Source of the DNA: Alphaproteobacteria bacterium
GTDB taxonomy: Bacteria > Pseudomonadota > Alphaproteobacteria > GCA-2731375
Direction of reading: 5' to 3'
Length of the DNA stretch: 64,000 nt
Assembly: GCA_965232515.1 (NCBI GenBank)
Contig: CBDDPY010000002.1
Coordinates: forward strand, 1,760,001-1,824,000
This document shows, piece by piece, positions 12,672-23,264 of the stretch. The number at the start of each line of letters is the position of its first letter. Positions within the stretch are counted from its first letter, which is position 1. A program made the position numbers and the translations under genes. The notes under the pieces were generated by a model. It was not told the origin of the DNA, ran no database searches, and was given only the letters and a program-made list of their open reading frames with translations.

Positions 12672-12682
12672 TGCCGCCCCTC

Positions 12683-13462
12683 CTAGAACGTCCCGGGATA
12701 GCTGCCGCCATCCAACAGAACCTGCTGTCCTGTCATATAGCCGGCATGCACGCTGCACAGAAACGCGCAGGTGGCGCCGAACTCCTCCGGCGTGCCGAAG
12801 CGGCCGGACGGGTTCTTGGCCGCGCTCGCCGCGCGGATATCCTCGATGGCCTGGCCGGTTTCCTCGGCCGCGAAGGTATGGCCGGCGCGCAGCCGGTCGG
12901 TATCGAACGGCCCGGGCAGCAGATTGTTGATCGTGACGTTGTGCGCGACCGTCTTGCGCGACAGCCCGGCGACGAAGCCGGTCAGGCCGCAACGCGCGCC
13001 GTTCGACAGGCAGAGCTCGTCGATCGGCGCCTTCACCGCCACCGAGGTGATGTTGACGATACGGCCGAAACCGCGGCCGATCATGCCGTCGACCGTGGCC
13101 TTGATCAGCTCGATCGGCGTGATCATGTTGCTGTTCACGGCGCTCTGCCAGTGCTCCGGTCCGAACTCGCGGAAGTCGCCCCGCGGCGGACCGCCGGCAT
13201 TGTTCACCAGGATGTCCGGGTTCGGGTTCGCCGCCAGCAGTTCCGCCCGGCCTTCGGGCGTCGTGACATCGCACGCGACCGCCGTCACCGAGACGCCGTG
13301 GGCGCTGCGGATTTCCTCCGCCGTCGCCGCCAGGACGTCGGCGCTGCGCGAGTTGATCACCAGATCGACACCCTCGGCGGCGAGCGCCATGGCGCAGCCC
13401 TTGCCCAGCCCCTTGCTGGAGGCGCAAACGATTGCTGATTTTCCGGCGATCCCCAAGTCCAT
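12683..13462 (-). CDS. Short-chain dehydrogenase/reductase
   Basis: [43 protein letters not shown]; atypical catalytic motif (LSNGAR). Confidence 0.85.
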   Translation of the reverse strand: MDLGIAGKSAIVCASSKGLGKGCAMALAAEGVDLVINSRSADVLAATAEEIRSAHGVSVTAVACDVTTPEGRAELLAANPNPDILVNNAGGPPRGDFREFGPEHWQSAVNSNMITPIELIKATVDGMIGRGFGRIVNITSVAVKAPIDELCLSNGARCGLTGFVAGLSRKTVAHNVTINNLLPGPFDTDRLRAGHTFAAEETGQAIEDIRAASAAKNPSGRFGTPEEFGATCAFLCSVHAGYMTGQQVLLDGGSYPGTF

Positions 13463-13488
13463 GACGTCTCTCCCATACGAAATAATTG

Positions 13489-14151
13489 TTACGATTTTTC
13501 CAGAACCTGACGCGCCAACGGCACGGTGATGCGACGCCGTCCGGACAGCGCGGCCGTATCGAGGTCGATGACGGCACGCCGGGCCGCGTCGAACGACCGC
13601 TCCATTCGGGCCAACAGATAGGATATCACGTCCTCATCGACCGGCATCTGCCGATCCCGAAAATGCTTCGCCATCAGGCCGGCGAGGAGCTGATCGTCGG
13701 GCGATCCGACCCCGACCGCGGGCGCGGCCAACAACCGCGAACGCAGATCCGGCAGCCCGATCGACCAGTGCTTCGGCGGCGCGGCGGCGGTTAGCAGCAG
13801 ATGGCCCTTGCGCTCCGCCACCAGGTTGTAGAGATGCAACAACAGCCGGTCGTCGAAACCGTCGTCGACCGGATCGACAACCAGGTTTCCGGCCGCTGCG
13901 AGCGCGTCGGGACCGCTGACCTGCAGCATATCCATGGTCACGACGTCGGCGCCGCTGCGTCGGCGCCAGACCTGGGCCAGATGTGTCTTGCCGCAGCCCG
14001 GCGGGCCATAGAGGCACAGTGCCGGTCCTGGCCAGTCCGGCCAGCGGTCGAGCCAGGCTACCGCGTCGGCGTTGCCGTCGCCCACCAGCAGGTCGCCCCG
14101 CCCCAACGCCGGACGAAACGGCAATTCGAAGGCGAGCTGATTGGCGGGCAT
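13489..14151 (-). CDS. hdaA: DnaA regulatory inactivator HdaA
   Basis: N-terminal clamp-binding QLAF; [10 protein letters not shown]; LPDLRSRL; RMERS; typical synteny near purM. Confidence 0.88.
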   Translation of the reverse strand: MPANQLAFELPFRPALGRGDLLVGDGNADAVAWLDRWPDWPGPALCLYGPPGCGKTHLAQVWRRRSGADVVTMDMLQVSGPDALAAAGNLVVDPVDDGFDDRLLLHLYNLVAERKGHLLLTAAAPPKHWSIGLPDLRSRLLAAPAVGVGSPDDQLLAGLMAKHFRDRQMPVDEDVISYLLARMERSFDAARRAVIDLDTAALSGRRRITVPLARQVLEKS

Positions 14152-15233
14152 CAGTCGTCGTCCCGCGTCGCCGGCCCCGGACCCAGATAGAGCCGGCTGG
14201 AGAGATACTGCTCGAGGAAATAGCGCACCAGAACGCCGACCGCCGCCGCGACCGGCACGGCCAGGAGGACCCCGACGAAGCCGAACAGCGCGCCGCCGGC
14301 CAGTAGGGCGAACATGACCCAGACCGGATGCAGGCCGATACGGCCGCCGAGCAGGCGCGGCGTCAGGAAGTTGCCTTCCAGGAACTGACCGACGGCAAAG
14401 ATCCCGACGATGACCCCGATCTGCACATAATCGGGCCAGAACTGCGTGATCGCCGGCACCAGCGACAACACCAGGCCCAAGACCGCGCCGACGAAGGGGA
14501 TGAACGACAGCAGGCCGGAAATGATGCCGATGATCAGGCCGAACTCCAGCCCGGCCAGCGACAGCGCGACGGCATAGAAGGTGCCGAGGATCAGGCAGAC
14601 CGTACCTTGCCCGCGCACGAAGCCGGCCATGACCTCGTCGATCTGCCCGCCGATCTTGCGGATCTCGTCGGCATGCTGCCGCGGCAGCCAGGAGTCGATC
14701 CGGTCGACGATGCGGTCGAAGTCACGCAACAGGTAAAAGGCCACGATCGGCGTGATCACCAGCAGCGACACGATATTGAAGAAGGCGAGGCCGCCCGACC
14801 AGGCCTGCTGGACGATCCGGCCGACGACGCCAACGATATCGGCCGCCACGCCGGCGAGCGCATCGCGCAGATCGGCCTTCAGGTCGATCCCCACCCGGCT
14901 CAGGACATCGGCGAGCCCGGGCAGAAAGGTGTCGCGCGCCAATGCGATATAGGCCGGCAAACGCCCGATGAAGCCGACGACCTGGCTCTGCAGCACCGGT
15001 ACGATCAACAGCATCAGAACCACGACGGCCAGAAAGAACAGCAGCAGCACCAACGCCGTCGCCGCGGTGCGCGAGAACCGCCAAGTCTCGAGCCGGTCGG
15101 CGATCGGGTCCAGAAAATAGGCCACCGCCATGCCGGCAACGAACGGCAGCATGACGCCGCTGAGCAGCCAGACCGCGACGCCGGCGACCAGCAGGCCGAC
15201 GCCCCAATACCGCAGCTGCTCGCGCGTCGTCAT
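14151..15233 (-). CDS. AI-2E family transporter (PerM-like)
   Basis: LPFVAGMAVAYFLDP, GFVRGQ, FIPFVG, QFLEGNFLTPRLLG..IGLHPVW; multiple TM helices. Confidence 0.9.
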   Translation of the reverse strand: MTTREQLRYWGVGLLVAGVAVWLLSGVMLPFVAGMAVAYFLDPIADRLETWRFSRTAATALVLLLFFLAVVVLMLLIVPVLQSQVVGFIGRLPAYIALARDTFLPGLADVLSRVGIDLKADLRDALAGVAADIVGVVGRIVQQAWSGGLAFFNIVSLLVITPIVAFYLLRDFDRIVDRIDSWLPRQHADEIRKIGGQIDEVMAGFVRGQGTVCLILGTFYAVALSLAGLEFGLIIGIISGLLSFIPFVGAVLGLVLSLVPAITQFWPDYVQIGVIVGIFAVGQFLEGNFLTPRLLGGRIGLHPVWVMFALLAGGALFGFVGVLLAVPVAAAVGVLVRYFLEQYLSSRLYLGPGPATRDDD

Positions 15234-15778
15234 GGCGCGTCCTCCATGCCGGCCATGCTGCGGCCCCAATTGATGAGGTAGGCGGCGCCCGAGGCCACCG
15301 TGGTCGCGGCGACCGCCAGCACCATCAGATCGACCAGGCCGACCCAGCCCTCGAACGCGAACGCCAGCCCCGCCAGCGCCAGCGCGGCGAGCGCGATCTG
15401 CAGCGCGGTGTTGACCTTGCTGATGAGCAAGGGCGCGGAATCCACCCGCAGGTTCATGATGTAAAGCATCAGCGCGCCACCAATGATCATGGTATCGCGC
15501 GAAACAACCAGGATAACTACCCATGCCGGCAAATGGCCCTGCACGCCCAGGGTGACGTAGATGCTGACCAGCAGGGTCTTGTCGGCGATCGGGTCGAGGA
15601 AACGCCCAAGCCGGCTCTGGGCGCCGAAGCGCTTGGCGATAAATCCATCAACGGCGTCGGAAAGTCCGGCCAGCACGAACAGGCCGAACGCCGCCGTCCA
15701 TTCCTCGACCAAAAGCAACCACACGATCAGCGGCACGGCAAGCAACCGGCCGAGCGAGATCAGGTTGGGCAGTGTCAC
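15230..15778 (-). CDS. CDP-alcohol phosphatidyltransferase (PgsA-like)
   Basis: LPNLISLGR; signature DAVDGFIAK...G.FLDPIADK. Confidence 0.9.
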   Translation of the reverse strand: MTLPNLISLGRLLAVPLIVWLLLVEEWTAAFGLFVLAGLSDAVDGFIAKRFGAQSRLGRFLDPIADKTLLVSIYVTLGVQGHLPAWVVILVVSRDTMIIGGALMLYIMNLRVDSAPLLISKVNTALQIALAALALAGLAFAFEGWVGLVDLMVLAVAATTVASGAAYLINWGRSMAGMEDAP

Positions 15779-16944
15779 TGCCCAGTCCGCCGAATGGGCG
15801 CGCCGTCGAGCGCCCGTCCCTCACGCCGCGCAACGCCCCGAAGCCGTAACTCCCAATAGCCGTCGCGATCGATCAGTTCGACGTCGTCCTGCGCCAGCGA
15901 CACGGCGAGCTGGCTGGGCTGGCCCAGATAGTAGAGCACGATCTGCGCATCGCGCCGCGATATGGCCGTCAGCTCGACCCGGCTGATCATGGCGTTCCGC
16001 TGGAGGCGGTCGCGCATGCTCGTCCAGTCGTCCAGCGCTCCGATCGCCAGCCGTGCGCTGAGCACCAATTCGGTGTCGAACCGCAGCAGCGTCTCGCGCT
16101 TCCATTCTTCCTCCAGGCGCTGGGAGATCCGCCGCGCCGCGACGTCCAGCAGGCCCTCCAGCGTCTGCTCCGGCTCGGCCGCGAAGCTCTCGACAACCAC
16201 GCCGGAACCGGCTGGGCCGTAACGCCGGAGATCGACGTCGATGCGCGGACGGCCGCCGGCGGCCACGTCGAGCGTCAGCTTGCCGTGCGCCACCATGACG
16301 TTCTCGACATCATAGCGCTCACCGATCGCGTTCAGCCTGGCCTCGTCGCCGGCCACGGCCTGGGCCGGGCCGACCGCCGCCAGGTCGGCCAAATCGCCGA
16401 GCGGCAACGTCAACGGCAGCAGCGCATCGTCACGCGGGCCCAAGGTCGTCCAGGCATCGAGCCAGGGATTCTCGTCGTCGAACATCAGCAGCGCCCCGGC
16501 GCGCTCGAAGACCGGCAGCACCAACGTCGGCTTGGCGCGGGTCTCGGTAAACGGAATGCCCGACTGCCGCAGCAGTTCGCGAATCTCTTCTTTCTTAAAG
16601 TTGACAGTTAAACTTGCAAGATAACGTGTTGTGGATGTTTTCTCATCCTTCACTTGAAGACCGCCGGTCAGCGCGGCGACATCGCCCGGTTCAAGGCTCG
16701 GCAACCGCGCCTGATCGGCGCGCAGCGTTATCCGCCTGAGCACGATATCCAGCGCCCTCTGCTGCCCCTCGTTCAAGGCCACGTCGCGCGCGGCGGCCGC
16801 AGTCTCCGCGGTGGCGTCGACGGCGACGCCTTTCGCCGTGAACAAATCGGCCGATTCTCGGCTCGGCTGCGCCGTCGCGATCGCGCATTGCGCGATGCCG
16901 ACGGCCAGCGTCAGGACGAGCAACCTGAAGCCAGTGAAGCACAT
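15775..16944 (-). CDS. DUF2066-like exported protein
   Basis: Signal peptide, LFTAKGVAVDATAETAAAAR, YLASLTVNF, LVLPV, LPLGDLAD; conserved divergent position next to purM. Confidence 0.75.
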   Translation of the reverse strand: MCFTGFRLLVLTLAVGIAQCAIATAQPSRESADLFTAKGVAVDATAETAAAARDVALNEGQQRALDIVLRRITLRADQARLPSLEPGDVAALTGGLQVKDEKTSTTRYLASLTVNFKKEEIRELLRQSGIPFTETRAKPTLVLPVFERAGALLMFDDENPWLDAWTTLGPRDDALLPLTLPLGDLADLAAVGPAQAVAGDEARLNAIGERYDVENVMVAHGKLTLDVAAGGRPRIDVDLRRYGPAGSGVVVESFAAEPEQTLEGLLDVAARRISQRLEEEWKRETLLRFDTELVLSARLAIGALDDWTSMRDRLQRNAMISRVELTAISRRDAQIVLYYLGQPSQLAVSLAQDDVELIDRDGYWELRLRGVARREGRALDGAPIRRTGQ

Positions 16945-17022
16945 TGCAAACCGCTCGGGATCAAGTATGGTCGCCGCAATTCGATGCCGGCATGACACTT
17001 CATACAGTTTAGCGGGGACGTC

Positions 17023-18078
17023 ATCAACAGCCACACCTATAAGCAGGCGGGCGTCGACATCGATGCGGGCGATGCGCTGGTCCAGGCGATCAAACCGCTC
17101 GCCGCGCAGACCGCCCGGCCCGGCGCCGAAGCCGGCCTTGGCGGCTTCGCTGGACTGTTCGACCTGAAGGCCGCCGGCTTCGTCGATCCCCTTCTGCTCG
17201 CCGCCACGGATGGCGTCGGCACCAAGCTGAAAATCGCCGTTGCTACGGAGACGCACGATGGCGTCGGCGTCGACCTCGTCGCCATGTGCGTCAATGACCT
17301 TGTCGTCCAAGGCGCCGAGCCGCTGCTGTTCCTCGACTACTATGCCACCGGCAAGCTCGAGGTCGAGGTCGGCCGGTCGATCGTCGCCGGTATCGCCGAG
17401 GGTTGCCGGCAGGCCGGCTGCGCGCTGGTCGGCGGCGAAACCGCCGAACTGCCGGGCATGTATGGCGGCGGCGATTACGATCTCGCCGGCTTCGCGGTCG
17501 GTGCGGTCGAACGCGGCGCGCTGCTCACCGGCGCCGATGTCAGTGCCGGCGACAGCATCCTCGGCCTCGCCTCGAGCGGATTGCACTCGAACGGCTTCTC
17601 GCTGGTCCGACGTGTCGTCGACAGTCTTGGACTGCCGCTCGACGGGCCGGCGCCGTTCGAGCCGTCGCGACTGCTCGGCGAGACGCTGCTGACGCCGACG
17701 CGGATTTACGTGAAGAGCTGCCTCGCGGGCATCGCGGCCGGCGGCGTGCGGGCGCTCAGCCACATTACCGGCGGCGGCATCGTCGACAACCTGCCGCGCG
17801 TGCTGCCCGACGGCGTGCGTGCCGAGATCGACGGCGCGGCCTGGCCGGCGCCGCCCGTCTTCGAGTGGCTCGCCCGCAGCGCCGGCATCGCCGACGACGA
17901 GATGTTGCGGACGTTCAATTGCGGAATTGGCATGATCGCCATCGTCGATCAGGCCCGGGTCGATCCGGTGCGCGCCGCGCTGACCGACGCGGGCGAAACC
18001 GTATGGGAAATCGGTCGGATCGCCGAAGGCGACGGCGCCGGAACGGTCGAGATCAAGGGCACGCCGTGGCCGGGTTGA
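17023..18078 (+). CDS. purM: Phosphoribosylformylglycinamidine cyclo-ligase (AIR synthetase); probable non-canonical ATC start
   Basis: [30 protein letters not shown] is in frame upstream of the track's ATG 17284; [34 protein letters not shown]. In-frame stop at 16993 and no ATG/GTG/TTG before the conserved N-terminus. Confidence 0.93.
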   Translation: MNSHTYKQAGVDIDAGDALVQAIKPLAAQTARPGAEAGLGGFAGLFDLKAAGFVDPLLLAATDGVGTKLKIAVATETHDGVGVDLVAMCVNDLVVQGAEPLLFLDYYATGKLEVEVGRSIVAGIAEGCRQAGCALVGGETAELPGMYGGGDYDLAGFAVGAVERGALLTGADVSAGDSILGLASSGLHSNGFSLVRRVVDSLGLPLDGPAPFEPSRLLGETLLTPTRIYVKSCLAGIAAGGVRALSHITGGGIVDNLPRVLPDGVRAEIDGAAWPAPPVFEWLARSAGIADDEMLRTFNCGIGMIAIVDQARVDPVRAALTDAGETVWEIGRIAEGDGAGTVEIKGTPWPG

Positions 18079-18719
18079 AGGTCGGCATTCTGATTTCCGG
18101 CCGCGGCAGCAACATGGCGGCGCTGATCGACGCCTGCGCCCGCGCCGACTTCCCGGCCGAGGTGGTCCTGGTCGTCGCCAACAATGCGGACGCGGGCGGT
18201 CTGTCGCGCGCGGCGGCGGCGGACATCGAGACCCAGGTGGTCGACCACCGCGAATTCGCGAACCGCGCCGCTTTCGAGGACGCGCTCGACGCCGCCCTGC
18301 GGGCAGCCGGAGTCGAACTGGTCTGCCTCGCCGGCTTCATGCGCCTGCTCGGCGCCGAATTTCTGCGGCGCTGGCATGACCGTGTGTTGAACATCCACCC
18401 CTCGCTGCTGCCGGCGTTTCGCGGCCTGCACGCGCACGAGCAGGCCATCGACGGCGGCGTTCGCATCAGCGGCTGCACCGTGCATATCGTGCGGCCGGAG
18501 ATGGACGCCGGCCCGATCGTCGTCCAGGCGGCAGTGCCGGTCGCGGCCGACGACACAGCCGAGACGCTGGCCGCGCGCGTACTCGCGGCCGAGCACCGGA
18601 TCTACCCACAGGCGCTGCGTTTGATGGCGGAAGGCAGAATTCAGATCCAGGACGACCGCGTGCTGGTCGACAGCGCCGCCCTGCCGACAGAGGTCCTGAT
18701 CAATCCGTCGGCGGGTTAA
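18066..18719 (+). CDS. purN: Phosphoribosylglycinamide formyltransferase
   Basis: [44 protein letters not shown]. Confidence 0.95.
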   Translation: MAGLKVGILISGRGSNMAALIDACARADFPAEVVLVVANNADAGGLSRAAAADIETQVVDHREFANRAAFEDALDAALRAAGVELVCLAGFMRLLGAEFLRRWHDRVLNIHPSLLPAFRGLHAHEQAIDGGVRISGCTVHIVRPEMDAGPIVVQAAVPVAADDTAETLAARVLAAEHRIYPQALRLMAEGRIQIQDDRVLVDSAALPTEVLINPSAG

Positions 18720-19138
18720 CCGACGATTTCGACCTGGCTGAAGAAGTAGGCGATCTCGATGGCGGCGTTTTCCGGCGAGTCCGAGCCGTGCGCCGAGTTC
18801 GCCTCGATCGACTCGGCGAAATCCTTGCGGATCGTGCCTGGCGCCGCCTCGGCCGGATTGGTTGCGCCCATGACGTCCCGGTTGGCCTGGATGGCGTTCT
18901 CGCCCTCCAGCACCTGAACCACCACCGGGCCCGAGCACATGAAGGTGCACAGCGAGTCGAAGAACGGCCGCTCTTTATGGACCGCGTAGAAGCCCTCGGC
19001 CTGGGCGCGCGTCATGTGGATACGTTTCGAGGCGACGACCCGCAGGCCGGCCTCTTCCAGCCGCTGGGTGATGGCGCCGGTCAGATTGCGCCGGGTCGCG
19101 TCCGGCTTGATGATGGAAAAGGTGCGCTCAAGGGCCAT
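18716..19138 (-). CDS. ndk: Nucleoside diphosphate kinase
   Basis: [37 protein letters not shown]; 140 aa. Confidence 0.97.
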   Translation of the reverse strand: MALERTFSIIKPDATRRNLTGAITQRLEEAGLRVVASKRIHMTRAQAEGFYAVHKERPFFDSLCTFMCSGPVVVQVLEGENAIQANRDVMGATNPAEAAPGTIRKDFAESIEANSAHGSDSPENAAIEIAYFFSQVEIVG

Positions 19139-19231
19139 GGGTCGCTGATTTCCTCGACGGTCGTGTGGGGGAACGGCGCGGGTTATATCGGCTTCGCCGA
19201 GCGGCCGCAACCATGCTAAAACCCGCGCCCC

Positions 19232-21124
19232 ATGCTGCATGTGAACGACATGACCTATCGCGTCGCCGGGCGCGACATCTTCGAAGCGGCGACGGTCCAT
19301 ATCCCGCCGGGCCACAAGATCGGCGTGGTCGGCCGCAATGGCGCCGGTAAATCGACGCTGCTGCGCCTGATCGCGGCCGAGATCACGCCGGACGCCGGCT
19401 CGGTCAGCGTCCGGCGCGGCGCCAGATGGGCCATGGTGGCTCAGGAGGCGCCGGGCGGCGAGGCCAGTCTGCTGGACACCGTGCTGGCCGCCGATCACGA
19501 ACGCGCCGCGTTGCTGGTCGAGGCCGAGACGGCCGAAGATCCCGCCCGCATCGCCGATATCCACCAGCGTCTGGCCGATATCGATGCCCATACGGCCCCG
19601 GCCCGGGCGGCCGCCATCCTGTCGGGGCTCGGCTTCGACACCGAGGAGCAGGCACGGCCCTGTCGCGAGTTCTCCGGCGGCTGGCGTATGCGCGTCGCCT
19701 TGGCCGCGGTGCTGTTCGCCCAGCCGGATCTGCTGCTGCTGGACGAGCCGACCAACTATCTGGACATGGAGGGCGCGCTCTGGCTGGAGAGCTATCTGCG
19801 CAGCTATCCCTACACCTTCCTGCTGGTCAGTCATGACCGCAACCTGCTGAATCGCTGCGTCGGCGGTATTCTGCATGTGGAGCAGCGGCGCCTCACCCTC
19901 TATCGCGGCGGCTACGACGACTTCGAACGGACCCGGCGCGCCCGCCTGGAGCTGGAAGACAAGGCGCGGGCCAAACAGCAGGCCCAGCGACAGCGCATGC
20001 AGGCCTTCGTCGACCGCTTTCGCTACAAGGCCTCGAAGGCGCGTCAGGCGCAGAGCCGCCTCAAGGCCATGTCGCGCATGGAGCCCATCGCCTCGGTGAT
20101 GGAGGAGCGCACCATCGAGTTCCGCTTTCCCGAACCGCCGCCCCGGCCCTCTCCCGTGATGACGCTGGAGACGGTCGCCGTGGGCTATGACGGCAACGCC
20201 GTGTTGCGGGACCTCAACCTGCGCCTGGACATGGACGACCGGATCGCCCTCCTCGGCCGCAACGGCAACGGCAAGTCGACGCTCGCCAAGCTGTTGAGCG
20301 GCCGGTTGAAGCCGCTGGACGGCCGCATGCGGCGGGTCGCCAAGCTGACGGTGGGTTACTTCGGCCAGCATCAGATCGAGGAGCTGAACCCGGCCGAGGA
20401 TGCCTTCGCCCATATGGCGGCTCTGCTGCCGGACGCCACGGAAGCCCAGATCCGCGCCCGCCTCGGCGCGTTCGGCTTTCAACAGGACCGGGCCGACGTC
20501 AAGGCCGAGAACCTTTCGGGCGGCGAGCGCGCCCGGCTGGTTTTCGCCCTGATCTGCGTCGACGCGCCGCAACTCCTGATCCTCGACGAACCGACCAATC
20601 ACCTCGACATCGACACTCGCGAGGTGCTGGTGCAGGCCTTGAACGAGTTTCCCGGCGCCGTCCTGCTGGTCAGCCACGACCGGCATCTGGTCGAGCTGGT
20701 CGCCGACGAGCTTTGGCTTGTGGCCGACGGCACGGTGGCGCGCTACGACGGCGATCTGGATGATTATCAACGCCTGCTGTTGAACGACCGTCCGCGCGGC
20801 AAGGGCGCGAATGGCGGCGGCCGTGCGGAGAACGGCAAAGGCCGCGAGGAACGGAGGGCGGCGCGCCGCGCGAGCGCCGAAGCCCGGGCCAAGCTGGCGC
20901 CGTTGCGCAAGGCCATTCGCGAGGCGGAACGCCAGATCGAGCGGGCAACACAGGCGCTTCGCCGGTTGGAAGCCGAGCTAGCCGATCCGAAGGTCTACGA
21001 CGGCCCGCCCGCCCGGCTGGCCGAGCTCAACAGACAGCGCGCCGAGCTTGAACGAGAGCGCGATGCCGCCGAGCACAGCTGGCTGAGCGCCACCGAGGCA
21101 TTGGAGCAGGCCGGAGATCCCTGA
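19232..21124 (+). CDS. ABC-F family ATPase (YheS-like)
   Basis: Two NBDs ([20 protein letters not shown] and [21 protein letters not shown]), no TM segments, C-terminal coiled coil. Confidence 0.92.
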   Translation: MLHVNDMTYRVAGRDIFEAATVHIPPGHKIGVVGRNGAGKSTLLRLIAAEITPDAGSVSVRRGARWAMVAQEAPGGEASLLDTVLAADHERAALLVEAETAEDPARIADIHQRLADIDAHTAPARAAAILSGLGFDTEEQARPCREFSGGWRMRVALAAVLFAQPDLLLLDEPTNYLDMEGALWLESYLRSYPYTFLLVSHDRNLLNRCVGGILHVEQRRLTLYRGGYDDFERTRRARLELEDKARAKQQAQRQRMQAFVDRFRYKASKARQAQSRLKAMSRMEPIASVMEERTIEFRFPEPPPRPSPVMTLETVAVGYDGNAVLRDLNLRLDMDDRIALLGRNGNGKSTLAKLLSGRLKPLDGRMRRVAKLTVGYFGQHQIEELNPAEDAFAHMAALLPDATEAQIRARLGAFGFQQDRADVKAENLSGGERARLVFALICVDAPQLLILDEPTNHLDIDTREVLVQALNEFPGAVLLVSHDRHLVELVADELWLVADGTVARYDGDLDDYQRLLLNDRPRGKGANGGGRAENGKGREERRAARRASAEARAKLAPLRKAIREAERQIERATQALRRLEAELADPKVYDGPPARLAELNRQRAELERERDAAEHSWLSATEALEQAGDP

Positions 21125-21156
21125 CGCCGGTTTCGGTTCGCGGTCTCGGCTTCTGT

Positions 21157-21603
21157 TCAGGCCTTCTTTTCCCAGCCGCGCTCGGTCTGCTGCCAATAGG
21201 TGACGGTGAACTCGTTCGTCTTATAGTCGCTCCAGCGCTCTCTGGCGGCCTGCACCGCGGCATCGTCGCGGCCGTCGAACATGTCCAACACCCGCTCGAA
21301 ACGGCCGATGAAATCCGGCCGCACGCCGTCGACCAGCACCAGCACGTCGGCCTGATTGGGGTTCTCCTCGGCCGTGGTCAGATAGATCGGCTGGTCCGCC
21401 GCATAGCCGGTGGCCGCCGTGCCGTGCGGCAGCCAGGAACGCTGCTCATAGGTCCAAAGCAGCGAATCGAGCGCTTCCAAACGTTCATCGGAACCCGCCA
21501 TCAGCACGGCGCGATGGCCGGCCTGCAGGACTTTCTCCAGCAGCATCGGCAGCGCCCGTTCCAGGGGCGCCCGCTGCAGATGATAGAAACCGACCTCCGT
21601 CAC
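21157..21603 (-). CDS. holC: DNA polymerase III chi subunit
   Basis: FYHL..LP.LLEK, LWT....WLPHG, ARERW, YWQQ; downstream of pepA. Confidence 0.92.
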   Translation of the reverse strand: MTEVGFYHLQRAPLERALPMLLEKVLQAGHRAVLMAGSDERLEALDSLLWTYEQRSWLPHGTAATGYAADQPIYLTTAEENPNQADVLVLVDGVRPDFIGRFERVLDMFDGRDDAAVQAARERWSDYKTNEFTVTYWQQTERGWEKKA

Positions 21604-21625
21604 CGTGCCCGCGGCTGCCCTGTCG

Positions 21626-23092
21626 CTATTTCTCGTAGTGGTCCGCGACCAGCCGGTCGAGCAGGCGCACGCCCCAGCCGGTACCGCCCTTCGGCACCGT
21701 TGGCTTGCCCTTCTCCGACCAGGCGACGCCGGCGATGTCCAGGTGCGCCCAAGGCAGCTTGTTGACGAACCGCTGCAGGAACTGCGCCGCGGTGATCGAA
21801 CCGGCGTAGCGGCCGCCGATATTCTTCATATCGGCGATGTCGGAATCGATCAGCTTGTCGTAGGCATCGCCCAACGGCATACGCCAGACGGTTTCGCCCT
21901 CCGCCTTGCCGGCGGCCAGCATGCGGTCCACCAGTTCGTCGTCGTTGGAAAACACACCGGCATTGTCGTTGCCGAGCGCGACCATCATGGCGCCGGTCAA
22001 CGTCGCCAGATCGATCATGAATTGCGGCTTGAAGCGCTCGTGCGTGTACCAGAGCGCGTCGGCCAGCACCAGGCGCCCCTCGGCGTCGGTGTTCAGGATC
22101 TCGATGGTCTGCCCCGACATCGAGGTGACGACGTCGCCGGGCCGCTGCGCCGTGTGCGAGGGCATGTTCTCGACCAGGCCGACCACGCCCACGGCATTGA
22201 CCTTGGCCTTGCGGCCGGCCAGCGCCTTCATCAGCCCGATCACGGTGCCGGCGCCGCCCATGTCCCACTTCATCTGCTCCATGCCCGGACCGGGTTTGAG
22301 CGAGATGCCGCCGGTGTCGAAGGTCACGCCCTTGCCGACGAAGGCGACCGGCTTCGCCCGGCCGCCGCCGCTCCAGCGCATGACCACGAGCTGGCTTTCG
22401 TGCGCGCTGCCCTGGCCGACGCCGAGCAGAGCGCCCATGCCAAGCTTGGCCATCTGCCGTTCGCCCAACACCTCGACCTTGACGCCGAGCTTGCTGAGCG
22501 TGCGGCAGGCCGCAGCCAGGCTCTTCGGATAGATGATATTCGCGGGCTCGGAGACCAGATCGCGGGTGAAGAACACGCCGTCGCCGGTCTTGTCGAGCCC
22601 GGTAAAGGCGCGCTTCGCCGCCGCCGCGCCTTTGACCGACACGGTCGCCGTCTTCAGGCTCGGCTTGGCGTCGTCCTTCTGCTTGGTGCGGTACTTGTCG
22701 AAGCGGTAGGCGCCGAGCTTGGCGCCGTAGGCGATGCGCGCCGCGGCCTTGGCGTCGACGTCGCAGGCAAAGGTCAACTGCGTCTCGCCCGAGGTCAGCA
22801 GCTTCTGCACGGCGCTGCCGCCAACGGCTTCCATGGCCAGATCGTCGATCTCGTCCAGCTTGCCGAGACCGGCCAGCAGCACGCGGCTCAGCTTCGTGCC
22901 GGCCGGCGCGATGATCTCCAGCATCTGGCCCTTCTCGCCCTTGAAGCGGCCGGTCTTCATGGCCCGCTGTAAGGCGCCACCGGATTTCTTGTCGACCGCG
23001 GCCGCGCTCGGGTTGAGCTTCCGGCCGCTGCCGGCACCGACCACCAGCACGCCCGAGGTCGGCAGTTTGAGTTCCGAGATGGCTACCTTCAT
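21626..23092 (-). CDS. pepA: Leucyl aminopeptidase (M17)
   Basis: VGKGVTFDTGG, MKWDMGGA, NTDAEGRL, ATLTGA, WAHLDIAG. Confidence 0.96.
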   Translation of the reverse strand: MKVAISELKLPTSGVLVVGAGSGRKLNPSAAAVDKKSGGALQRAMKTGRFKGEKGQMLEIIAPAGTKLSRVLLAGLGKLDEIDDLAMEAVGGSAVQKLLTSGETQLTFACDVDAKAAARIAYGAKLGAYRFDKYRTKQKDDAKPSLKTATVSVKGAAAAKRAFTGLDKTGDGVFFTRDLVSEPANIIYPKSLAAACRTLSKLGVKVEVLGERQMAKLGMGALLGVGQGSAHESQLVVMRWSGGGRAKPVAFVGKGVTFDTGGISLKPGPGMEQMKWDMGGAGTVIGLMKALAGRKAKVNAVGVVGLVENMPSHTAQRPGDVVTSMSGQTIEILNTDAEGRLVLADALWYTHERFKPQFMIDLATLTGAMMVALGNDNAGVFSNDDELVDRMLAAGKAEGETVWRMPLGDAYDKLIDSDIADMKNIGGRYAGSITAAQFLQRFVNKLPWAHLDIAGVAWSEKGKPTVPKGGTGWGVRLLDRLVADHYEK

Positions 23093-23264
23093 CAACGTCC
23101 CCTTCGATCGATAGTCTTCGCGCGTCCATACACGCCCGCGCCGAGATCGGTCAATCCGCCGCGCCGCCATCTTAGCGGTCCGCGGCCGGAAGGAAAGAAC
23201 TCGCGGCAATAGGTCGCTGAATTCAAGCGAAAACTAAACTATTGGCCCCGCTTCGGCGCACTGT

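Noticed and set aside
10569-12686. 705-aa plus-strand ORF, and similar long antisense ORFs (4176-5789, 42601-44439, 49076-50977, 30965-32563)
   Set aside because: Shadow frames of well-conserved genes, expected in high-GC DNA; no motifs of their own
12672-13577. Apparent 300-aa N-terminal extension of Ppk1
   Set aside because: Overlaps the SDR gene in another frame; the true GTG start has an AGGAGG RBS at 12671
16945-17763. Extension of DUF2066 ORF to 662 aa, and of purN to 17403
   Set aside because: Both overlap purM; they are start-calling artefacts
19139-20770. Apparent giant Ndk fusion (684 aa)
   Set aside because: The extension is antisense to the ABC-F gene; Ndk starts at 19138
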